Positions 55,201 through 64,000 of a stretch of DNA of 64,000 nucleotides are shown here, in pieces. The stretch is from Patellaria atrata CBS 101060 (Eukaryota), in NCBI GenBank assembly GCA_010093705.1, contig MU006090.1:1639817-1703816 (forward strand), in the 5' to 3' direction. Within the stretch, counting starts at the first letter, position 1. The number at the start of each line of letters is the position of its first letter. The translations under genes and the position numbers were made by a program. Below the pieces are notes generated by a model. The model was not told where the DNA came from. It did no database searches and saw nothing but the letters and a program-made list of their open reading frames with translations.

Positions 55201-57383
55201 CATTTTTCCGATTAAACAAGGGCTATGCAGTGCCGGAAAAGTATCAAACCTTTGCCTTCAACGTTATCAATTACTTGACAGTTACCCATCGTGCTGAAGT
55301 CAAACTAATATCTGAGGATTCCCTCCGCTTCTCAAATATAGGAATGAGTATGATTGAGCAAACGGAGGCTAAGTACGGCCGGATAGTTGATCAATTTCAA
55401 AAGAGCCTTGTCTATCGCTACCGAACATTTATCTTCCTGGACAAAGGGATGCATTCAGAGGCTAGAGCATGCTGGCACAATATGACCACTATTGATGATG
55501 TGCTATTTGGTTCTGGTAAAGAGCGTCTCATCCCGCCAATGGAAAATCGTGAAGTCCTAAAAGAATCCATGCAAATGATTAACATACTTGCAAAAACTGA
55601 GGAAGAGAAAGCGGCGATGAAATCGCGACTTGATGCTAAACCCGGATATGCCGTTGGAGCAGCTTTCTATAAGAGTCGCAAAAAACTTGGCCACATTATT
55701 GATCTTCTGTGTGCTGGAGAGTCTCTGGAAGTGGATGGGCCCAACGGTTCAACTTATATTAAGTGGCTGAATGATCAGAGCCAAGAGCTCCAGAAAATTC
55801 ATGGTGTTACCGAAGCTGTTGGGATGAGAGGTCTCGAGATGGATGAGCGATGGTGGCCCGAAAATTTTGACATGGTCAAACAGCATACTACGCTCGAGGA
55901 TCCGTCACATCGACTCAGTGCTATAGAGGAAGCAAGAGACACAGGCAACTGGGCAGATGCCGCCGAGCAACATCAAGGTCTCTTACTCCGGGCGCTCCAG
56001 GAGGTTGACTTTGAAGAAGTCCTAGTTCACATCCGTTCTCTTATTGCAATATATCGAAGATCGCCTATCTTTGCTATGAAGATAAAAGAGATAATTGGCT
56101 TGCAGAAGTTCATAGAAGCTCTAGCACCTTTATATGAGAATTTCGTTCAACTACTCGAAAATCGAACTGAGAAAGCTGTAGAGGAGAACCTTCGTCTTAG
56201 TGACCGCCTCGTCCATGTCATTAGAGAGGTCAATCCCTCGGAAGAGAATTTACAAATAACGGACGGCTTTCAAGATTTGTGGAAAAGGTCATTGCAAGGA
56301 CCAGCCTCGATTAGGTTTACCAAAGAATGGCTGCAAGAGACGTTCCGGAAACATCTCAGAAATTTGAGGAAACCTGGGTATCAGAACCGTGTCATTGAAA
56401 TGGCTCTTCGGTTCAAAGATATTTATCGTCGTATGATTGCTGCTGAAGATGCTCACGATTATGAGACTTGCCTTGAAGTACTAGACTACATGGATGAACT
56501 TACTGATGGTGAATTAGAGAGTGACTTTTTCACCAGAGAAGAGGTTGAACGAGATCGAGAAATGTATAAATGGAAACGGGATTACTGGGCTCTATCGGAC
56601 GGACTAGGTGATGCTATTGTGGAAAACGAATTTGATATTGCTCGAGAATGTCTGCGAGGCATGAAAGATCTCCTGTGCGCAAGGGACGTCTCCTTGAGCC
56701 AAGAAAAGGGCCTATACGACCTATACGAACTCATTGAGAGAATGCACTGGAATCATGAGTGGCAGAAGGTCATTTCGGCAACGAAAGAACACAGATGGAG
56801 GGATGCTGTTAGAATCTGTAGTACGCTAGAAATGCTCTCTCAAGACGGCCTCTTCGATCACCTCAAAAACGATCCTTTCAGAACAGCCAAATCTACCCGT
56901 CTTATGGCACTATATCAACAGTCAGATGCCGGAAAAGACTGGGACTCTTGTCTTAAGTATTGCGATGATTGGGTTGAACTCAATGCAGACAAACTTAAGG
57001 ATAACCCCCGAGCCCACGACCTTGTTATCAGCATGCACGAGACCGCTGAGATGGAGAAATACAACACGGTTGCGCTAGTGCTGGATCAACAGTGCGAGTT
57101 TGAGCGTGCTCTTAAGCACTTTGAAATACTAGAGAAGATATTCCAACGCCAACAGCAGACACCAGAAGTCAAGAGGACGTCGGTGATATTGTTGCCTAAA
57201 GTCATAGCAGATATGCGAAGTCAGTTGGAATCGAAGGTCGCTATGATGCAATTGATGGGTCCAACCTTGGGAAAGCAATGGGTGTTGAGTGTAAGGGAAA
57301 AGATAGGGTATACACCTCAGTACAAACCCATGGACGAGTTGAAGAAGAATGCACATGAGAAACTGTTCGGTTCCGGCGTATGA
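52287..57383 (+). CDS. CHAT (caspase-like) protease + STAND-type P-loop NTPase + helical/TPR-like repeats; NLR-like protein, 1698 aa, no introns
   Basis: LHWEALE, NILLVVAR, IVRPG; catalytic His HFDLHG (~53085-53105) and Cys LNACES (~53250-53267); VLAMS, FY..F, DWFVPVIY. Then VGREFDIL, Walker A GPPGSGKS (~53728-53750), Walker B MIFDN, IHPLFT, and a long helical C-terminus. Confidence 0.88.
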   Translation: MCAALMTIPAIQPLHVRLTLQARHQPSWNDIPTRRCWTVDVLEGNEKVTEDLQLSDPLSKEEAATCRWYLEQYVQSSPFSISQARAAEALLKGYPKNIINQLNLREILQSRAPSINGQPTVLSLLIKESINSPDATVHQLHWEALEDPECWNNPNLRVEVKRAALNKEILQKPLARVKTRQDEQGATGTLNILLVVARDTSHNPAIYSDVNPFLVSDILSQIRKNLRQSEHAVRMNVEIVRPGSLKSLEEHLQRAEAIHGTNYFHIIHFDLHGKVGLRKKGPTRVKNAFLYFCDPHSNATRAESATKVGKILKRHSVPLVVLNACESARANCGDDANIAKIFEQEGVQKVLAMSFKISSSAANLFLSKFYNEFLITGTSFSRAAAEARSFLRTFSIRQARFGLELPLKDWFVPVIYGSDHDVVIRQEKTPGEDSVDRGIDKPFVSTAKPDLSTDSTPVGREFDILRIEKLLCQNHTLYLHGPPGSGKSALIRYLASVWKETSFVDGYVYVDFKNIKITQANDFIENIASQLVARFLASNMNLWTVNTLSVQSYDHESLKDIIKSIVKEYRVAMIFDNIQVSHSNIVPMSLDDVLLTEINNFLSPFLDSPGSNLSANITTTKPFVLFIGRRSDVQWISNIIGYDFLNQHYKISGLELPDAIELAQSTLRDAGENLDEWQHEDFNTLELVLELLQRIPDAILQVLPMARRLRIPWREFHHRVHTQLISSTEARRVVDENNDFHKEFRNYEEILPHVIFPYFLLLGFFWREGPIAASLVDAVISIAENIGTDSATEDQVREAIETVIRAAMLFARDRGLLEYDNSGRINWIHPLFTLYSKGPRLAQSDEECPEDHKRDQSIAEKEVVEDDSPTNFQSMSIASILPIIKTIEERAYLQFMVNVYTGSDYSQLRIDYSAAFPNLLTCIKHCIVADDIISLNDWPMTLFTLFAPHIRLVGTTTDCILFADAYEQLLSAFFRLNKGYAVPEKYQTFAFNVINYLTVTHRAEVKLISEDSLRFSNIGMSMIEQTEAKYGRIVDQFQKSLVYRYRTFIFLDKGMHSEARACWHNMTTIDDVLFGSGKERLIPPMENREVLKESMQMINILAKTEEEKAAMKSRLDAKPGYAVGAAFYKSRKKLGHIIDLLCAGESLEVDGPNGSTYIKWLNDQSQELQKIHGVTEAVGMRGLEMDERWWPENFDMVKQHTTLEDPSHRLSAIEEARDTGNWADAAEQHQGLLLRALQEVDFEEVLVHIRSLIAIYRRSPIFAMKIKEIIGLQKFIEALAPLYENFVQLLENRTEKAVEENLRLSDRLVHVIREVNPSEENLQITDGFQDLWKRSLQGPASIRFTKEWLQETFRKHLRNLRKPGYQNRVIEMALRFKDIYRRMIAAEDAHDYETCLEVLDYMDELTDGELESDFFTREEVERDREMYKWKRDYWALSDGLGDAIVENEFDIARECLRGMKDLLCARDVSLSQEKGLYDLYELIERMHWNHEWQKVISATKEHRWRDAVRICSTLEMLSQDGLFDHLKNDPFRTAKSTRLMALYQQSDAGKDWDSCLKYCDDWVELNADKLKDNPRAHDLVISMHETAEMEKYNTVALVLDQQCEFERALKHFEILEKIFQRQQQTPEVKRTSVILLPKVIADMRSQLESKVAMMQLMGPTLGKQWVLSVREKIGYTPQYKPMDELKKNAHEKLFGSGV

Positions 57384-57968
57384 AAACTGTACTCTACGCC
57401 TTCATCCAATTCTCTAGTTGAATACAGTTTTCTTTATTATTCAATGTATCATGATGAACTCCATTTCATCTAAACTAGCAGAGAGACATGTTTCCAGGGA
57501 TATTGGTCTGGAATATGGACTTTCTATGAACGGGCAGAAACCCCCATCGACACCCCCTGTTCTTTCCCGGCTGCGCTTGGTATCCTTCCGTTGATATACA
57601 TTCGTTGTAATATACTGGAGTATTATCAAGTTCCACAAGGGGCGAAGTTTCAGCGGTTCCTACAGTTCAGTCAGAAATCTTCTCAAATTAATTGTACAGG
57701 TTCTACGCGGGCCGACGTAAACTGGAGATCAATCTTAACACTCTAATCAACCTAGGTGGTTACAAAAGGAACTCGTAAGACAAGACATATATGCCGTCCT
57801 TTTCGTACATGATGTAAATCTCAACATACTATAAGGCATTAGATAAACTTTTTCAAAGTACGGTATGCATTCCCTCCTCTTATCAGATATACCCTGTCTT
57901 CAGAGCATACAAAATGCGTTCACCATATCTTTCGCGATCTCGAGTATGACTCCTCCTCTTCCAATCGG

Positions 57969-58261
57969 CTAGTTCCATGAGATTTGCTCTGGGTACTGTC
58001 TCTCCAACCGGTCGAGATTTCTCTTTATCTCCCGTTTCCTTTCGCGCAACTCGTCTTTCCTCACATTTCGCTCTTGCCGTCGCGTATTGTATCTACGCAG
58101 CTTCTCTAGCAGCATCAACGTGGGTGGCTGTTGCCGACCTTCCTCCGTGGTGATCTCTCTTGGGGGAGAGACTGTACATGTTTTAGTAAGATTGAACAAG
58201 AAGCGGGGGTTATACAGGACTTACTGTTTTCCCTTTTACAAGAAGAGAAGCAATTTCCCAT
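57969..58261 (-). CDS. Putative 79-aa microprotein with N-terminal MGNC lipidation motif and charged coiled coil (intron 58172-58224)
   Basis: Exon 1 (37 nt) + intron GTAAGT...TACTAA...CAG (53 nt) + exon 2 (203 nt) give the open frame MGNCFSSCKRENISPPREITTEEGRQQPPTLMLLEKLRRYNTRRQERNVRKDELRERKREIKRNLDRLERQYPEQISWN*. Confidence 0.55.
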
Positions 58262-60069
58262 CGTGACCGTACGGATGCTTGACTTGGTTTTGAGAAACCC
58301 CGCGGTAAAGGAGGACGTGAGAAATGGAGAGGAGAAGAGCACAGCTAGAGACGGAAAGGGGAGTATCTCTGTGTTCCAGGAATGCCTGTGGCGTATGACA
58401 GTATTGTTACTCGATAGTGATAACTGTTTAACTGTACTGCCAGACACTGACTCGATGTCTCTGAGTGAGGACGAAGGATCTGAAGAAGAAATGGAAAGAC
58501 TGAGAGCAAAGAAGCTTTTTTTTTAAGAGCCGACATCTTGGTCAATATTGCAACTCCGGCTTTGACGGTTGAGAGAAGAGGTGAGTGGGGATTTGGTGCT
58601 GGTCAAAGACTCAATTGCAGCAGTGGAATGGTTATACAATTGGATTTCCACGGGATTGTGTATGAGAAGAGAAAAAGAACTTATGTTCAATCAATAATCA
58701 TTTTAAGGGAAAGGGTCCTCGCTATTTCCACATTTCGTTTGGTACGTTTGAAACGCTACCCTGGTACTGAAGAGGGTAGTTAGTGAAATACGAAAGAGCG
58801 TCACGACAAATACAGCTCGTCCAAAGCAAGTGCAAATAAAGTAAAGCAATATCATTCTATAGAAAATGTCAAAAGATTCCCACTGTTACCTATGTATTCT
58901 GCTATCATTTTTCGATCTCAGCTTCTGTTTCTCAATTTCAGAAAGAAAGTGCTCTTTGCTTACCATGAGACCGTATCCCGCCTAATATTCCTACTTTCTT
59001 ATTTATACTCTATCTCATAGGTACTTTCACCAGCCGCTCTTGATCATATCCAGGGCTCACGTCCCCGTCCGTAGCAGAGAAAACCAGATTGTTTGAACGG
59101 AACCTGGGGGTACTCGCGGTCAGACGTTACTACCTGGCTCACATTTTGACCACTTGCATGTTCATTCACAATAAGGTAGTCATCTCATGTTCTAGCAATT
59201 GTAGCCGCAAGAGCAATCGTCATCTCCCAAAGGTGCGTCATACTTCCCTCCTGACGTTAACTTTGAGGTATGTTATCACGTAGACAACCGCAGTACATGA
59301 CTCTCAAGCTACGCTGGACCTTGTAAGGACCCTCACTTTCCTCCTTGTATTTTCAACCTAGTATGGGCTTACTCAAAGGAGACCCCTATCTAGCCTCACA
59401 ACACAAGTGGAATAGTATGTTTACCTAAGAGAAGAAATGACGTTGGTTCTATGTCCGGTAGCGGGTTCGATGAACTTTATCGCAGCAAAATTTTCCTATT
59501 TGTTTACCTCGGGCCACCGCCTTCGGCCCCGTTGTCACAGCAACGCGTCTCCCACCACCACCACCCACAACCTTCCCGCCCTCGCACTTTCACCAGCCAC
59601 TTGGTACCGCCCGGCAACTGCTCAAGCTCGGGCCAAATGCCGTCAAAGCATCACGTCGTTAACCCACAAAATGATGAGTTCCTCATTCGGCTAGTCGGTT
59701 TACTTGCGCAATCTCTGAATATATCTTTCCAACTTCTCACCCAAACCTCCATTCTTCTTTCCTTCCATTCTAACCATCACAGATCTCAAAGTCTCCTGAC
59801 AGCTTCTGATTTTCCTTGGACATGCTGACAGTTGTTCTTCTAGACTCAACTTTTTTAAGTCACTAGGTGCCCTGGGTCGTGGTGGCTCGTGTCATGGTCT
59901 GTCTTCGTAAGTTCTATCCCCACTGCCCATTTCTTCACATGCATGTGCTTATCTGATCATACCTAGCTTCCATAGTAACTAGATTCTCCTTTCTCTCACA
60001 ACCATCTCGCATCATCTCACCTCATCTCACTTCCCACTCCCCCAACCCCAATCCTCACGTCTAGTTTGT

Positions 60070-60262
60070 CTGCCAGTTCGTTTACCAGTTCGCCTTCCAG
60101 TTTGCCTTCCCCCTCCCCAGTCTCCCACCTCTCCAGTCTTCCCCTTTCCCAGTCTTCCCCTTCCCCAGTCTTCCCTCCAGTCTTCGCTCCAGCCTTCTCC
60201 CCAGCCTTCCCCCAGTCTTTCCCCAGTCTTTCCCCCCTAGTCTCCCCTCTCTACAGTCATCT
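60070..60262. repeat. Degenerate pyrimidine-rich tandem repeat (CCCAGTCTTC-like units)
   Basis: Repeated CCAGTCT/CCAGCCTT motifs at 11-16 bp spacing. Confidence 0.7.
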
Positions 60263-61042
60263 CTAGATTTTCGTTTCCTTCCTTCGTCAGTCCCAGTCAC
60301 TGTGTGTGCTAACCCTTGATTTCCGCTGGACTGAAGATTGACAGATGAAGCGACACAGTTGGTCATTGGTAAGTCCAACCTCTTTTCTCGATAGTGGCTT
60401 GCCTGCTTAGCTTGAGACTCTGGTGGGTCTTAGATAGCAATTAATAGATCTTGTTCTGCTCAAATACTTCCCCAAGTGACTTTCCTTACGATGACCTTCG
60501 TGCTTACCCCCACCTCATAACCATCTACGATTGTCGCCTTGGTGCTCTACTCGAGGTGTCTTGCGTCTGATGGTCTTTTCGCGGGTTGAGCCCCCGTAAG
60601 GGATTGCTTCTACCCCGACGTGCCACGTACCTGACGCGTCCGTCGCCCATGTTCCATGAAGATTTTTGGTGTTTTGGTGCGCCGCAACGATTAATTCATC
60701 TATCGTGATATATCTTCCCACCAATTATCTTCTTCGTATCTTCCTACGAGTAACAAAGATCTTCAACCCGCTAGCTCACGCAGACATATTTGAACCCCCA
60801 TCGCGCATTGACCTCACACCACCAATGCGTAAACAAGGATGAGCGGCCATAGACGTCAACGTTCATTTTCATTCTAATTCATGAGAGGTAGCTAACGGTC
60901 TATTGTTTGAAGTCTTCTCGATTTCGCTAATAGAGGTAATGACATAAACGCATCCCATCCGACAGACCTGTTCCGACGCCTGATCTAGTATCCAACTGGA
61001 AAACGTTCAGATGCCAAGGTCAGAGCGCAAGGCTTATAGTTC

Positions 61043-61230
61043 GAAGCTCAAAGCTCACAGATCGCAACTCAAAGCCCGAAGCCCACAGCTCCCTTCAGAG
61101 CCCACAGCTCAAAGCTCAAAGGCCACAGTTTATAATTCAAGCTCAACTCCTAAAGTTCTAAAGTCCAAAGCTCACAGCTGAAGCTCAAACCTCACACCTC
61201 CCGCCCACACCTCACAGCCCAACCTCAAAC
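61043..61230. repeat. Degenerate short-unit repeat (AAGCTCA / GCCCACAG) downstream of the SCY1-like gene stop
   Basis: Repeated 7-mer variants are visible. Confidence 0.6.
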
Positions 61231-61250
61231 CCTAACCCGATGCCTTCCAC

Positions 61251-64000
61251 CTATAACAAACTCTCATACTTATCCATGCCCTGCTTCTGACTCTGTCCGC
61301 GTCCTCCACCCTGCGCACCGATCCCAGCAGCCCTCCCCATTTCTCCACCCACCAAGCCCGACCCAGAAGGCGGCGGGGCAAGCGCGAACCCCGCATACGG
61401 CGAACTAGTTGGAGGTAGAGGAATCCCAAATGCGCCCGTCGATCGCTGGGGCGCGAGGACGTTGTGTGACATCTGTCCGGCGCTCATAGTGTTCATAGAG
61501 GACGAGGGGGTGGACCATGGGTTCGCTGGGGCTGCGGCGGTGGACCAATCGACGGTGTTTAGATGCTGTGCTGGGAAGGAGGAGGTGGGTTGGAGGGGTT
61601 GGGTATAAGAGTGGTTATGTTGCGTATATGGATTTGGTTGTAGCGGTTGTGTGAAGGAGGAGGGTGTTGGTTGGAGGGGCTGGGAGAAGGTGGAAGGGGG
61701 TGCATGGGATGTTAGGTTTGAGGGAGTGAGGGCGGACATGGAGCTGAGGGCTTGGTCGGGGGTTATGGCGCGGGAAGAGGAGTTAGCGGAGAGCATCCTG
61801 GGTTGCGTAGGCGCTTGTGGTGTCGACCATGAGAATGCGGGAGATTGGGAGCGCTGGGTTTGGGAGTCGAGGCGTTGGGTCGATGGACGAGACGGAAGGG
61901 AGGCAGTGGAGGAAGTACCCCATTCATTCGGACTCGCAAGAGGGTTTGTATTGGAGCTTGTTTTGCCACGGCCAAGGACAAGACTCTCAAAGTTGGCTTC
62001 ATCACCGTTTACAGGGCTATTAAGGCCGTTGCTACTTGGGACGCCGAAGTTCATGAAGTCATCTGAGCGTGTAGCGGTAGCATTGGAGGAGGATAGCTCT
62101 TGGAGCTTGCGGGTTTGTTCTTGTTCAATTTTAGAGGAGAGGGATTTGATGAGCTTCATGTAGGATTGGAATTGTTGAAGGTTCAGGAGGGGACCAAGGC
62201 TGAAGGCCCAGATGATGGGCAGAGCTTCCATTGCTAGGAAGTCAGAGTCTGCCACTTTCCCTACTTGGGTAAAGACATCTAACGCTGCCATCTGTACGTC
62301 CCGTTAATACTATTCCCTCAATTGAAGACTTAGACATTTTCGTACCATTACAGCGGGTTCCTTCGTCTTGATACCTTTCAAGAGAGGTACTACTTTCTCT
62401 TGAACAGTATACTTATCCAAAATAGCACTGCTCGATGGTTTCGGTTTCGGTTTGCCTGCTACTACGCCGTCTAGACCGTCACCTTGAGGTGTCGCAGTCC
62501 CGTTAGTTCCGCCACACAGAACATTAAGCGCTTCCAGTCCTCGAATCTTGATTCCCATGCTACTTGTCTTCGCGAAGACAGTTGCTATGACGGGGAATAG
62601 CTCGTTTTTGATGGTGGAAAAATCAAGGACGGGTAAAACATCCGCCAATGTCTTTAACGCCGCATCAATGAGAGAATGAGTTGGGGACTCGAGCGCTAAA
62701 TTTATCAAGGGCAGTATATCTATCGTAAGTTAGTACCGTCTCAGAGTGTTAGGTCATAGCTACATACCATCCTTGAACTCCTTGCCCGAAGAGTTCTCCG
62801 CAATGACACCCATATTCTCCAGAAGTACCATCAGTCCAGCCTCTTTCAGATTTTCTTTTTCCGCTGTTTTGTCCTTTGCAGATCCAGCGCCAAGGAAGAT
62901 CTCCCGCAGACGTGGAATTACCTTCTCGGAAAAGGCGCGTTTGCTTGATGGTAGGACATTAATAATCTTCAAGACGTTCTGTAGCACTAGAGACAAAAGC
63001 TCCCGATCCTTCATCTCTTCTAATAGAGCAGGGAGGACTTTCTTTTCTAAGACAGACTTGGGGAATTGGTTTAGAATGCGGGGCAGACCGCGCATGAATT
63101 GAGACTTTTCATTCGGCGTCTTCGCTGGCAAGGAGTCGAGAAACCGGATAGAAGACACTAGTATGTTGTCAAAGTAATCCGCCTGCTGGAATTCACGAGC
63201 ATTCATTCTCTGGGCAGGTCTTCTTGTGATTAAGCGAGGTAGCAATCCAGTAACGAGAGCTCTGGGTAACGGTTGAGCTGATAGGAAGTTATTGTGCTGA
63301 CTTGGGACATTTGAAGACGATGAGAAAAGACGTTTATACGTCGATGGGCTCCCATTGGATTCCAAGGGACTCTTATGGGGCGAGTTATAGAGTGCAATTA
63401 TGAGAAGACCAAGGGAGAACATATCGGCAGCAGAACTTATATTGGTATCCATAACGAAATCAGGAGACGTGTAGTCAAGGTTCAGTTGTACACTTCGAGG
63501 CAGTCTCGGATCGTGGTTGAGCACTTCAGATAGGGAAATTGGGATAACAGATGTGGGCGTAGTTGAGTTGTCCGGCGGGCTGGCAAATCCAAGTCCAGAT
63601 ATTTTCCAATCAGACTATCACATCAGTCATCAGCGAAGGCACATTAGGAAAAAAAGGTGAAATAAGCCCTACTTTTGCATTGACAAATATAGCATCAGGA
63701 GTGAGATTCGCATGTACAAGCCCTGCGCTCTCGTGTAGAAACTCAAGTCCTTTCCCTATCTGTAATAAACCCTTCTGTATTTCCAACTCATCAATCTCGA
63801 GCTCTCTTCGTTTTCTATTACCATCTGCTTCTTCTATCACATATCGACTCCGTCGTCCGCCCACTCCCCCCGCCTTCTCCTGGTCATCTTTCTCCTGGAG
63901 CACGACAGCTAGCGATGCTGTCACAGGTTCTGTAGCAAATTGTAGCCCTCCACTTCGCGTTTCCTCGACTGGTTCTACTAACTCAAGTATACTCGGATGG
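61251..64000 (-). CDS. SCY1-like pseudokinase (SCYL2/Ppk32-type), 5' end beyond the window
   Basis: EIQKGLLQIGKGLEFLHESAGLVHANLTPDAIFVNAK|SDWKISGLGF, NLDYTSPD, HEAT region (KSQFMRGL), C-terminal DKYESLL. Confidence 0.9.

Noticed and set aside
59400..60750. Coding-like minus-strand fragments
   Set aside because: Multiple stops, low complexity and no recognisable family. Not supportable as a gene.

Overview
Genomic DNA from a filamentous ascomycete (Pezizomycotina), with short GT-AG introns carrying CTRAY branch sites and one 100-N assembly gap. Most of the window is conserved housekeeping genes: a mitochondrial-type HMG-box protein, an SH3 membrane protein, an F-box protein, OST4, TMA46, MET14, PSF1, ARP3, a taspase-like hydrolase, TFB4, a SUZ protein, PRP43, PRMT5/Skb1 and a SCY1-like pseudokinase. 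There are also two CAZymes (AA9-CBM1 and GH79), several pseudogenes and tandem repeats. Two things stand out. (1) An accessory island between PRMT5 and the SCY1-like gene holds a gasdermin-like gene (50979-51854, -) head-to-head with a 1698-aa CHAT caspase-like protease / P-loop NTPase / helical-repeat NLR-like gene (52287-57383, +). It is flanked by a DUF6604 gene and a small MGNC-type lipidated microprotein, and looks like a protease-activated cell-death (immune or allorecognition) module. (2) A tRNA-Leu(UAG) gene (25314-25478) appears to contain a spliceosomal-type GT...CTAAT...CAG intron in the anticodon arm in addition to a canonical tRNA intron. All calls come from reading the sequence; no searches were run.
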